Below are positions 35,266 to 47,570 of a stretch of DNA of 64,000 nt, one piece after another. The notes under the pieces were generated by a model, which was not told the DNA's origin, searched no databases, and was given only the letters and a program-made list of their open reading frames with translations. Both the position numbers and the translations under genes were made by a program. The stretch lies in assembly GCF_009914755.1 (NCBI RefSeq), contig NC_060940.1; one strand, 5' to 3'. Position 1 is the first letter of the stretch; each line of letters begins with the position of its first letter. The DNA comes from the human T2T-CHM13v2.0 reference genome, Homo sapiens.

Positions 35266-35537
35266 GGACTGATTGGTTAACATCAGGTCACTTCTGGTTA
35301 CTTTTTTGGAAGGATTGAAGCAGAGGAAACCTTCTTATCGTTCTAACTCAGATAGACTGGAATCCCATGTTTTCAGGGGAAACTGGTCTGTTTGGAATCT
35401 CCCTGCTTCCTTAATGTTTCAGTTTAATTATTGGCATTTAGCATGAGTGATTCCATTTTGGTTTGGTCTTGTCTGTTGGGGTCATGGTGTAGGAGCTCAG
35501 CCCAAAACAGTGGCCTCCCAGGATTTTTGTTTAACAA
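35266..35537 (-). mobile_element. MER31/MER67-like ERV1 LTR fragment (5' part)
   Basis: Reverse complement starts TGTTAAACAAAAATCCTGGGAGGCCACTGTTTTGGGCTGAGCTCC. Confidence 0.7.
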
Positions 35538-35799
35538 TACAGAGAAGTTAACTACATCACTAGGTATCTAACTTAAACTCAGGGATTCATTTAGTTGCTA
35601 ACTAGCTTATTAGATTCCGTGACTTCTCTTGATTACTTCTAAATTAGACTGTTAAATAACATCTAACATGCCTAGTTTCACCTCCTCTTCTGGGAAATCA
35701 GGGAAATACTAGTACTTGGAATTTTGAAGATTTCTATTGCAAGACGTTGGCTACCAAGTAGAGAGAATTATCTGGGCACTATATATTTTGGATTAATTT

Positions 35800-36600
35800 T
35801 TACATGGTGGTACTAATATGGAGATATTTGCTGCAAAGAGATAAATTTGTGGATTATATTCATCTTCCAGACCACTTGAGAGAGGAGAGTTTCAATCTTG
35901 CATAATAACTAAAAGAAGGAATTCTAACCAAAAAGTTCTCTCCAAAAAAACCAGAATACTGGTACAATTTGTGATTCTATCACAAAATGCCACAAATTTA
36001 AAGTAAGATGTAGGAAAAGGTTATAAAACTTTCACCTAAGCTGAAGTCTTGGAATCACTAAACAGGGAAAAGGACCGTTCAGAAATCTTTTTGTTGTTTG
36101 TAGACTGAAGCAGTTAGAACCTCCCTAGGTCTCTTTTCGGGACAAGCAGACGCTTTTCAGTTTCATTATGTTCCCTATGATTCCTTGATTGGAAAATCGT
36201 GGTCAGTGTGAAGCAGAGAAACATCACTACTGTGTAGATCAGGATTTCTCAACTGTGATACTCTGGACGTTTTCACTGGGTAATTCCTTGCTGAAGAGGA
36301 CTGCTGAGTGTGCAGCAAGATGTTCAGCAGCACCGTCCCCCAGTTATGATGGCCAAAAATGTCTCCAAACATTACCAGGTGTCCCCTGGGGGCAAACTGT
36401 CCTCACTGAAGGACAGCTAGTGTACAGATTCAGCCACTGAAGCAGAACTGTAATCAAGTTGAAACTGAGCTGGTTACATCCACATAGGACTCAGGATACC
36501 ATCTGGTACAGTCATTATGAAGATTAATGAAGAGGCTGTCTACCATGGCTCATTTGGGAAATTCCAAAAAGTAAAATAGGACTGATCATCCTACAGCAGT
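35800..36600 (+). mobile_element. Ancient RTE-clade LINE (L4/MamRTE-like) relic, split by MER20
   Basis: Degenerate peptides KFVDYIHL (35843), NQKVLSKKTRILVQFVIL (35926) and a KL.WAG-type motif region near 36455, in the order expected for an RTE ORF C-terminus. Confidence 0.4.
36236..36420. mobile_element. MER20 hAT relic
   Basis: caggatttctcaac...ccaaaaatgtctccaaacattaccaggtgtcccctgggg. Confidence 0.8.
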
Positions 36601-36719
36601 TAAATAATCAGACTATAATATATTCAGAGAATTTATAAACTGTAAGCAAGCAATTTCAGTTCAGTAGAGTTTCTTAAAATCATTCTTTTAGTGTAAATGA
36701 GAACTACAAAACTATGGAT

Positions 36720-36960
36720 TTTGTATGATTGCACTCATAGGAGGTACTCAGAATAGTCAAATTCATACAGACAAAAAGTAGAATGGTGGTTACTAGGGAC
36801 TGAGGGGAAGGGAAATGGGAAGATGTTTAATGGGTACACAGTTTCCATTCTGCAAGCTGAAAAGCGTCCTGGAGATTGTTTACACAGCAACCTGAAACAA
36901 TCAGAACTTAGCACTACTGAGTTATACATCTAGAATGATTAAGGTATTAATTTTATGTTA
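36720..36960 (+). mobile_element. L1MB 3' fragment
   Basis: agaatagtcaaattcatacagac...agaatggtggttactaggg. Confidence 0.8.
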
Positions 36961-37304
36961 CAAATTGATTTTTCCACTTTTGTTTTTTTTTTTTTTTTTT
37001 TGGTGGAAGGAGTGGAGTGAAGGGAGTGGAGGGAGTGAACATTCTCCACACGTTTGAACATCCTCATTAGCTCCAAGTTGACAAACCCAGAGAAGTGCTC
37101 TGATTGGCCTGGCCTTGGACTGGTCCATGCCTGGACTAATGAAAGGTGAATAGGATGGGGCTATCATTATTTTCCCAGGATGTAGGAGAGAAGAAAGAGC
37201 AGATACCCATTCCCGATCCAATTTAACTCTAGCCAGGAGTCTGGAGTCTGCAATTGCCAGCTCCCATTCAAACCACATTGCTGGTGTGGACAGAGAAGCA
37301 TGTT

Positions 37305-38610
37305 TCATGCAAAAATCAGTTCTAAATGGACTACAGTGTTAAATGTAAGACCAGGAACTGCTAGAAGAAACTACTAGAAGAACTTCTTCATGATATTGAA
37401 CTGGGCGAGGCTTTTTAAAAAAATAAAACCTCAAAAGCACAGGCAACCAAAACAGACAAATGAGATTACCTCAAACTAAAAAGCTTCTGCACAGCAAAGA
37501 AAACCATAAAATGAAGAGACAACCTACAGATTGGGAGAAAGTACTTGCAAACTATACATCTGACAAGGGGTTCATATCCAGAATATATAAGGAACTCAAA
37601 GCAAAAATCCCCAAATAATGTGATTTTTAAAATGGACAAAAGACCTGAATAGACATTTCTCCAAAAAGACATACAAATGGTCAACAGGTATATGAAAAAA
37701 TGCTCAACATCACTAATCATCAGAGAAGTGCAAATCAAAACCATGGTGAAATATCAATTCATCCCAGTTAAATGGCTGTTATAAAAAAGACAAAAAATAG
37801 CAAATGCTGGCGAGGATGCAGAGAAAAGGGAATGCTTATACACCATTGGTCGGAATGTAGATTAGTATGGCCGTTATGGAAAAAAGTATGGAGGTTCCTC
37901 AAAAAAATTAAAAATAGAACTACCGTATGATCCAGCAATCCCATTACTGGGAATTTATCCAAAGGAAAGGAAATCAGTGCAATGAAGAGACATCTGCACC
38001 CCCATGTTTATTGCAGAACTATTCACAATGACCGTGATATGGAATCAACCTGGGTGTACATCAAGAGATGAATGGATAAAATAAATGTGCTAGATATACA
38101 CAATGGAATACTATTCAGCCACAAAACAGAAGGAAATCCTGTCATTTGCAGCAATATAAATTAACCCGGAGGACATTATGTTAACTGAAATAAGCCAGGC
38201 ACAAAAAGACAGACACTGCATGATCTCACTCATATGTGGAATCTTAAATAGTTGATTTAATAGAAGTAGAGAGTAGAATAGTGCTTACCAGAGGCTGGAG
38301 AGAGTAGAGAGAAGGAGGGGTACCCAAAGAAGTTGGTCAGTGGGTACAAAATCACAGTTAGACAGGAAGAATAAGTTCTGGTGTTCTCTTACACAGTAGG
38401 GTGACTACAGCAAAAAACAATGTAGTGTATATTTCAAGATAGCTAAAAGATAATATTTTGAATGTTGTCATCACAAAGAAATGATAAATGTTGAAAGTGA
38501 TGGATATGGCAATTAGCCTGATTTGATCATTGTGCAAATGTACACATGCACAGAAACATCAAATGATACCCCATAAATATATACAATTATGCATCAATTA
38601 TAAATAAACC
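37305..38610 (+). mobile_element. L1MA 3' portion
   Basis: aactaaaaagcttctgcacagcaaa; L1MA-type 3' UTR. Confidence 0.88.
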
Positions 38611-39137
38611 ATTAATTTTCAAGAAAGAGGAGGGAGAAAGAGGTTCAGGGCAGACAAAACAATGACTTAATCATACAATACCAACCACCATAAACATAAT
38701 CTAGTCGTTTTCTGTCCTCCTTGCCTCCTGTATCACTGTCACCAAGTTGAAATGAGCTGGCTACATACACACAGGGGTTGGGATACCATCTGGTACCGCC
38801 CTGAAGATTACCGAAGAGTTGCAGTCTTCTGCAAAGGGAAACATATGATTTATAAAAACTAAGCCTGTATTGAATAAGAGCCTGCATTGCATAACCTGGG
38901 AAGAGGCTGTGGTTGACTCAGTTAGCTTTATTCATTGCCTTATCAATTAAGGCATTAGACATTAGGATGCCATGAACAGAGCCCCACCACCATGAGCTTT
39001 GGAAACTGAGTTCACAGCCCAGCTCCACCACCTTGCAGGCCATTTCACGCCTGGGCACCTCCAAGTGCCTGAGAAAATTTTAACCCAGGTGGCAAAGTAG
39101 AGCCCCTGTGTTAGGCAGGCTTTGGAGGACCGAAGAC

Positions 39138-39255
39138 GATTTATTGGGGTTTAATGGAAAGGCTTATCATGAAGCCTTATGAAGCTTAACATAAAGGCTT
39201 ATCATGAAGCCTTATGAAGCTTATCAGGTGATTTATTAGGGGTTTATCATGAAGG
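39138..39255. repeat. Complex micro-duplication (31-bp unit x2 within duplicated flanks)
   Basis: aaaggcttatcatgaagccttatgaagctta at 39158-39188 and 39193-39223. Confidence 0.9.
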
Positions 39256-39907
39256 CATCTGCAACAGAAAGATCAGATACACCCAGCCAGGTCCTGCCTA
39301 CCAGACTGCACAGAAACGGCCACAGCTGGGCCTGATGGAGACCCATGTAGTAGTAAGAGTGAAGCCTGGCTCTGAGAACAGAATATTTTGCCTCCCTCTT
39401 CCCTCCCCCTGCCCTTGTTTGGGTCAGTCCCCACCACTTTCCCATCCAACCTCCTTCTCCACTCTGCACCTTTCTCTACCTCATTGCTTCTGTTTATTCA
39501 TGGCAATCTGTGCCTGATGGGCTCCTGCCATGCATCTTTCTATCTTCTGCTTTTGCCACTAACCCTGTCTCCCCTTGTATTTTTGAGTTAAAATTCTCTG
39601 CAGAGAATCTAATATGCCCAGCTAATCACCATCAACCCTGATTGGGTGGAACGGTTTCAGTGGGGCCTTTCACAGCCTGCTGATTCTTCAGGGGTGGGGT
39701 GATCTGGCGTCAGCTCTCATCCCTGGTTGGGGCATCAGTGGTCCAGGAGTGGAGTTTCATGGCGTGGAAAGTGACTGATCCCTCTGCACAGGACTAGGGC
39801 AGAGCTGTTTTCGAGGAGAGGAGCACCGAGATTATGACAGGTACCATCTTGACCTAGTTCAATGCCCACCTGTACAGTAGGCATTCAGCATGTGTTTCCT
39901 CTTATCT

Positions 39908-40066
39908 TTTTTATTTTATTTCATTTTATTTTGTTTATTTTTGAGATGCAGTTTTGCACCTGTTGCCCAGGCTGGAGTACGGTGGCAGGGTCTCAGTTCA
40001 CTGCAACCTCCACCCCCAGGTTCAAGCAATTCTCCTGCCTTAGCCTTCTGAGTAGCTAGGATTACA
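39908..40066 (-). mobile_element. Alu right-arm fragment
   Basis: Stops at gtagctaggattaca, fused to MER11. Confidence 0.88.
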
Positions 40067-40704
40067 AATTTCCTTGTCCTAATAGGCCTGGGAGCGCTAC
40101 CAGAGACCGGAGCTTATTTCATCCCTTATCTTCAACCGTAAAAGACGGACATTCCCAGAGTGGCCATTTCAGAGACCTACCCCCTGGGAACGCATTGTCT
40201 TTCTCAGGGCTGTTCCTTGCTGAGAAAAAGAATTCAGTGATATTTCTCCTATTTGCTTTTGAAAGAAGAGAAATATGGCTCCATTCTGCGTGGCTCTCAG
40301 GAAGCCAGACCTAATGGTTATCTTCCTTTTTCCCTGAACACTGCTGTTATCCTGTTCTTTTCTCAAGGTGCCCAGATTTCATATTGTTTAAACAATTTGT
40401 GCAGTTAACGCAATCATCACAGGGTCCTGAGGCGACATACATCCTCAGCTTATGAAGATGACAGGATTAAGAGATTAAAGTAAAGACAGGCAGAGGAAAT
40501 GACAAGAGTATTGATTGGGGAAGTGATAAATGTCCATGAAATCTTCACAATTTATGTTCAGAGACTGCAGTAAAGACAGGCATAAGAAATTATAAAAGTA
40601 TTAATTTGGGGAACTAATAAATGTTCATGAAATCTTCACAATTTACATTCTTCTGCCATACTTCAGCCAGTCCCTCCGTTCAGGGTCCCTGACTTCCCAC
40701 AACA
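40067..40704 (-). mobile_element. MER11 (HERV-K HML-8 LTR), 5' part only
   Basis: Reverse complement starts TGTTGTGGGAAGTCAGGGACCC; characteristic internal repeat aaattgtgaagatttcatg. Confidence 0.9.
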
Positions 40705-40863
40705 GTAACCATCATTCTACTCTCTGCCTCCATGAGATGAATTTTTTAGCACCCACATATGAGTGAGAACACGCAATATCTGTCTTTCTGTGCCTGGCTT
40801 ATTTCACTTAGCATAACAACCTCCAGTTTCATCCATGCTGCTGCAAATGGCTGAACAGTATTC

Positions 40864-40864
<1 letters not shown>

Positions 40865-40902
<38 letters not shown>
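40865..40902. repeat. (TG)n microsatellite
   Basis: About 18-19 TG units. Confidence 0.95.
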
Positions 40903-40903
<1 letters not shown>

Positions 40904-42337
40904 ATGTATGTATCACATTTTGTCTATCCATTCATCCACTGATGAACTCTGAGGTTGATTCCATATCTTGGCTATTGTCAATAGTGCTGCAATAAACATG
41001 AGGGTGCAGGTATCCCTTTGATATACTGATTTCCTTTCCTTTGGGTAAATGCCCAGTAGTGGGATTGCTGGATTTTATGGTAGTTCGATTTTTTGTTTCT
41101 TAAGAAGTTTTCATAGTGTCTTCTGTAATGGCTGTACTAATTTACATTCCTATGAACAGTGTATAAGAGTTCCCTTTCCTCTGCATTCTCACCAGCATTT
41201 GCTATTTTTCGTCTTCTTGATAATAGCCATTCTAACTGGGGTGAGCTGTTATCTCATCGTGGTTTTGATTTGCATTTCTCTGATTATTAGTGATGTGGAG
41301 CATTTTTGCATAGATATGTTGGCCATTCATATGTCTTCTTTTGAGAAATGTCTATTTGAAATGTCTTTGTCCAGTTTTTAATGGGATTATTTTGTTTTGT
41401 TTTTGTTTTTATTGTTGATTGTTTGAGTTCCTTCTATATTCTGGATATTAGTTCCTTGTTGGATGAATATTTTGCAAACATTTTCTCCCATTCTACAGGT
41501 TGTCTCTTCACTCTGTTGATTGTTTTCTTTGCTGTGCAGAAGCTTTTTAGTTTAATATAGTCCTATTTGTCTATTTTTGATTTTGTTGCCTGTCCTTTTG
41601 AAGTCTTTGCCGTAAAACCTTTGTCTAGGCTCTAGACCAATGTTCTAATGCATTTTCTGTATGTTTTCTTCTTGTGGTTTTATAGTTTTGAGTCTTATGT
41701 TTAAGTTTTTAATCCCTTCTTAGTTGATTTTTATATCTAGTGAGAGACAGGGATCTAGTTTCATTCTTGTGCATATAGATATCCAGTTTTCCCAGCATTC
41801 CCCATGTATTAAAGAGACTGTGCTTTCCCCAGTGTATGTTCTTGACACCTTTGTTGAAAATCAGTTGTCTGTAAATAGGTGGGTTTATTTCTGGGTATTC
41901 TATTGTGTTCCTTTGGGCTATGTGTCTGCTTTTATTCCAATATTAGGCTGTTTTGTTTACTATAGCTTTGTGCTATATTTTGAAGTCAGGTAGTGTGATG
42001 CCTCCAGCTTTGTTCTTTTTACTCAGGATTGCTTTGAATATTCAAGGTCAAGTTCTTTTGTGGTTCCAGAAAAATTTACAATTTTCTTTCTATATCTGTG
42101 AAGAATGTTATTGGTATTTTATAGGGATTGCATTGAATCTATAGATTGCTTTGTGTAGTATAGTTATTTTAATAATATAAATTCTTCTTATTCATGGGCA
42201 TGTGATGTCTTTCCATTTGTTTGTGTTCTCTTCAATTTCTTTCATCAGTGTTTTGTAGTTGTCATTGTAGGGGTCTTTCACCTCCTTGGTTAAATTTATT
42301 CCTAGGTATTTTATTTACTTTTCTGTAGCTATTGTAG

Positions 42338-42724
<387 letters not shown>

Positions 42725-44220
42725 TGATTTTGTATCCTGCAACTTTACTAAATTTGTTTATCAATTCTGAGTTTTTTGATGGGTTTTTCTATATATAAGA
42801 GTACTTTCTGCAAAGAAGGACATTTTGACTTCCTTTTTTCCAAATGGATGCACTTCATTCTTTCTCTTGCCTGATTGCTCTGGCAAGGACTTCCAGTGCC
42901 ATGTTGAATAATATGGTGGAACTGGGCATCCTTGTCTTGTTCCAGTTCATAGAGAAAGGCTGTCAGCTTTTCTCCTTTCAGTAGGATGTTAGGTACGGGT
43001 TTATCATATGTGGCCTTCATTATGTTGAAGTATGTTTCTTTTATGCCTAATTTGTTAAGAGTTTTCATCATGAGGGGATGTTGAATTTTATCAAATGCAT
43101 TCTCTGCATCTAGTGAGATGATCATATGGTTTTTGTCCTTCGTTCTGTTGACATGGTATATCATATTTATTGATTGGCACATGTTAAACCATTCTTGCAT
43201 CCCTGAATAAATATGACTTGATCACTATACTATCTTTTTGATGTGCTGTTGGACTCAGTTTGCTAGTATTTCGTTGAGGATTTTTGCATCTATATTCATC
43301 AGAGATAGTGGCTTGTAGTTTTCTTATTTTGTTGTGTCCTTACCTGGTTTTGGTATCAGGGTAATGCTGGCCTTATAGAATGAGTCAGGAATAATTTCCT
43401 CCCATTCAATTTTTAAAAATTGTTTGAAAAGTATTAGTATTAGTTCTCTATAAGTTTGGTAGTATTCAGCAGTAGAGCAATCTTGTCCTGTGCTTTGCTT
43501 TGTTTAGGAGACTTTTCATTATTGATTCGATCTCATTTCTCATTATTGGTCTGTTCAGGTTTTCTACTTCTTCCTTATTCAATCTTGGTAAGTTGTATGT
43601 GTCCAGGAATTTATCCACTTCCTCCCAAAACAATTTGCTTTTCCAATTTGTTAGCATATAGTTGTTCATAATAGTCTCTAATGATCTTTCTTATTTCTGT
43701 GGTAATCCGTTGCAATGTCTCCTTTTTCATTCCTGATTTTGTTTCTTTGGGCCTTCTCTCTTATTTTTCTTGGTTAGTCTAGCTAGCAGTTTATCCATTT
43801 TGTTTATCCTTTCAAAAAACCAGCTTTACATTTCATTGGTTGATTGTATTGCTTGATATTGTATTGCTTGATATTGTCTTGATATTGTTTAGTTCTGCTC
43901 TGTTCTTCATTATTTCTTTCCTTCTTCTAATTTTGGATTTGGTTTGTTTTTGTTTTTCCACTTCCTTGAGGTGCATCCTCAGATTGCTTATTTGAAATAT
44001 TTCTACTTTTGTTGATGTAGGCATTTACTACTATAAACTTCCCTCTTAGGACTGTTTTTCTGTATCCCATAGGTATGTTGTGTTTCCATTTTCATTTATT
44101 TCAATTTCTTTTTCTTCTTAATTTCTTCATTAACCCAGTGGTCATTCAGGAGCATGTTGTTTAATTTCCACGTATTCGTGCAGTTTCCAGAGTTCCTCTT
44201 GGTATTGATTTCTAGTTTTA

Positions 44221-44534
<314 letters not shown>

Positions 44535-44635
44535 CACACTATTTTTTGTTGATTTTTTTTCTAGATGATATGTCCAACACGAGAGTGGGGTTGAAGTTCC
44601 CAGCTACTATTGTATTAGAGTCTATCTCTCCCTTT

Positions 44636-44804
44636 ATTTTATTTTATTTTATTTCATTTTATTTAGTTTATTTTTTAGTAGAGATGGGGTTTCACCATGT
44701 AGGCCAGGCTGGTCTCGAACTTCTCAGCCTCCTCAAGTGATTTGTCCACCTCACCTCAGCCTCCCAAAGTGCTGGGATCACAGGCGAGAGCCACCATGCC
44801 CGGC
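44636..44804 (-). mobile_element. Alu left arm only, TSD-flanked
   Basis: TSD tctctcccttta on both sides. Confidence 0.85.
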
Positions 44805-44949
44805 TTCTCTCTCCCTTTAGATCGAATAACATTTGCTTTATATATCTGGCTGCTCCAGGGTTAGGTGCATATATATTTAGAATTATTATATCCTCTTGTT
44901 AAATTGATCTCTTTGTCATTATATAATAATGTTGTCTCTTTTTACAGTT

Positions 44950-46911
44950 TTTTTAATTTTTAAATTCTATTTTTTAAATTTCATTTTTAAAATTTCAATA
45001 GTTTTTGGTGGAACAGGTGGAGTTTGGTTACATGAAAAAGTTCTTTAGTGGTGATTTCTGAGATTTTGTTGCACCCGTCACCTGAGCAGTGTACACTGTA
45101 CCCAATATGTAGTCTTTTATCTCTCACCCTCTTCACACTCTCCCCCCTGGGTCCCCAAAATCCATTATATCATTCTTAGGCCTTTGCATCCTCATAGCTT
45201 AGCTCCCACTAATTGTTCCTTTTTATGGCTGAGTAGTATTCCATGGTATATATAAACCACATTTTCTTTATCCACTTGTTGGTTGATGAGCATTTAGGCT
45301 GGTTCCATATTTTTGCAATTGTGCCGCCATAAACATGTGTGTGCAAGTGTCTTTTTCATAAAATGACTTATTTTCCTCTTGGTAGATACCTGGTAGTAGA
45401 ATTGCTGGATCAAATGGTAGTTCTACTTTTAGTTCTTTAAAGAATCTCCATACTGCTTTCCATAGTGGTTGTACTAGTTTACATTTCTACCAGCAGTGTA
45501 AAAGTGTTCCCTTTTCACCACATCCACAAACATCTATTTTTTATATATATTTTAATTATGGCCATTCTTGCAGGAGTCAGGCGGTATCTCATTGTGGTTT
45601 TGATTTGCATTTCACTGATAATTAGTGATGTTGAGTATTTTTTCATGTTTGTTGTCCATTTGTATATCTTCTTTTGAGAATTGTCTATTCACGTCCTTTG
45701 CTCACTTTTTGATGGGATTATTTGTTCTTTTCTTGCTGATTTGTTTGAGTTCCTTGTAGATCCTGGACAATATCCAGGATCTTGATTTGCCCTTTTGAGG
45801 CTATTTCCTGGATATTGTTGGATGCAAATTTGTGGATATTTTCTCCCACTCTGTAAGTTGTCTGTTTACTCTGCTGATTATTTCTTTTGCTGTGTAGGAG
45901 CTTTTTAGTTTAATTAGGTTCCATCTATTTATCTTTGTTTTGTTGCATTTGCTTTTCGTTTCTTGGTCATGAACTCTTTGCCTAAGCCAATGTCTGGAAG
46001 AATTTCACCAATGTTATCTTCTAGAATTTTTATGGTTTCAGGTCTAAGATTTAAGTCTTTGATCCATCTTGAGTGGATTTTTATATGAGGTAAGAGATGA
46101 GGATTCAGCTTCATTCTTCTACATGTGGCTTGCCATTTAGCCCAGCACCATTTGTTGAATAGGGTGTCCTTTCCCCACTTTATGTTTTTGTTTGCTTTGT
46201 CAAAGATCAGTTGGCTGTAAGTATTTGGCATTATTTCTGGGTTCTCTGTTATATTCCATTGGTCTACATGCCTATTTTTATACATGCTGTTTTGGTGACT
46301 ATAGCCTTGTAGTATAGTTTGAAGCTGGGTAATGTGATGCCTCCAGATTTGCTCTTTTTGCTTAGTCATGCTTTATCTATGCAGGCTCTTTTTTGGTTCC
46401 ATATGAATTTTAGGATTTTTTTTCTAGTTCTGTAAAGAATGATGATGGTATTTTGATGGGAATTGCATTGAATTTGTAGATTGCTTTTGGCAGTAAGGTC
46501 ATTTTCACAATATTGATTCTACTCATCCATGAGCATGGGATGTGTTTCCATTTGTTTGTGTTGTCTATGATTTCTTTCAGCAGTGTTTTATTGTTTTCCT
46601 TGTATAGATTTTTCACCCCCTTGCTTAGGTATATTCATAAGTATTTTAATTTTTTGCAGCTATTGTAAAAGGGGTTGAGTTCTTGATTTGATTCTCAGCT
46701 TGGTCATTGTTGGTGGATACCAGTGCTACTGCTTTGTGTACATTGATTTTGTACCCTGAAACTTTACTGAATTCATTTATCAGATCTAGAAGCTTTTTGG
46801 ATGAGCCTTTAGGATTTTCTAAGTATACGATCATTTTATCAGTGAACAGTAACAGTTTGACTTCCTCTTTACCAATTCGGATGCCCTTTATTTCTTTCTC
46901 CTGTCTAATTG
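44950..46911 (-). mobile_element. 5'-truncated L1PB nested in L1MA
   Basis: L1PB 3'UTR; ORF2 pieces (45929-46369, 46410-46616); TSD tcttttt(a/g)cagtt. Confidence 0.87.
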
Positions 46912-47570
46912 GTTTGGATCTTTTTGCAGTTATTGACTTAAAGTCTGTTTTATCTGAGGTAAGTATAGATACTATTACTTGCTTTTGGTTTCTGTCTTTG
47001 AGGAATATCTTTTTCCATCCTTTCACTTTCAGTCTATATGTGTCTATATGGGTGAAGTCACTTTCAATCTATATGTGTCTATATGGGTGAAGCTAGTTTC
47101 TTGTAAGCAGCATAGACTTAGGTCATTCTTTTTTTAATCCATTCAGCAGTCTGTATTTTTTAAGTGGGGTATTTAACCCATTTATATTCAAGGTTATTAC
47201 TGATAGATGAGAACTTATGCCTGTCATTTTGTTAATTGTTTTCTGGTTGTTTTGTATATGCTTTGTTTCTTTCTTCCTCTGTTATTGTTTATCATTGTGA
47301 TTTTGTAATTTTCTGTAGTGGTAACATTTGACTCTTTTCTCTTTCTCATTTGTATATCTGCTCTACCTGTGAGTTTTACATGTTCATGTGTTTTTATGGT
47401 GGTAGATATTGTCCTTCACTTCCAGATGTAGGACTCCCTTAAACATTTCTTGTAGGACTGGTCTAGTGATAATAAATTCCCTCAACATTTGCTTATCTGG
47501 GAAAAACAGCTTTGCTTGCCACAGTAATCTTGGTTGACAGATTGGTTGTTGTTTTCCTTTAGCACTTTGA

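Noticed and set aside
39138-39255. Possible CRISPR-like repeat-spacer array
   Set aside because: Only two units, no unique spacers, mammalian context
39590-39850. Old MLT1-like LTR remnants here, at ~37080-37200 and at ~55320-55460
   Set aside because: Resemblance too weak to assign family or boundaries by eye
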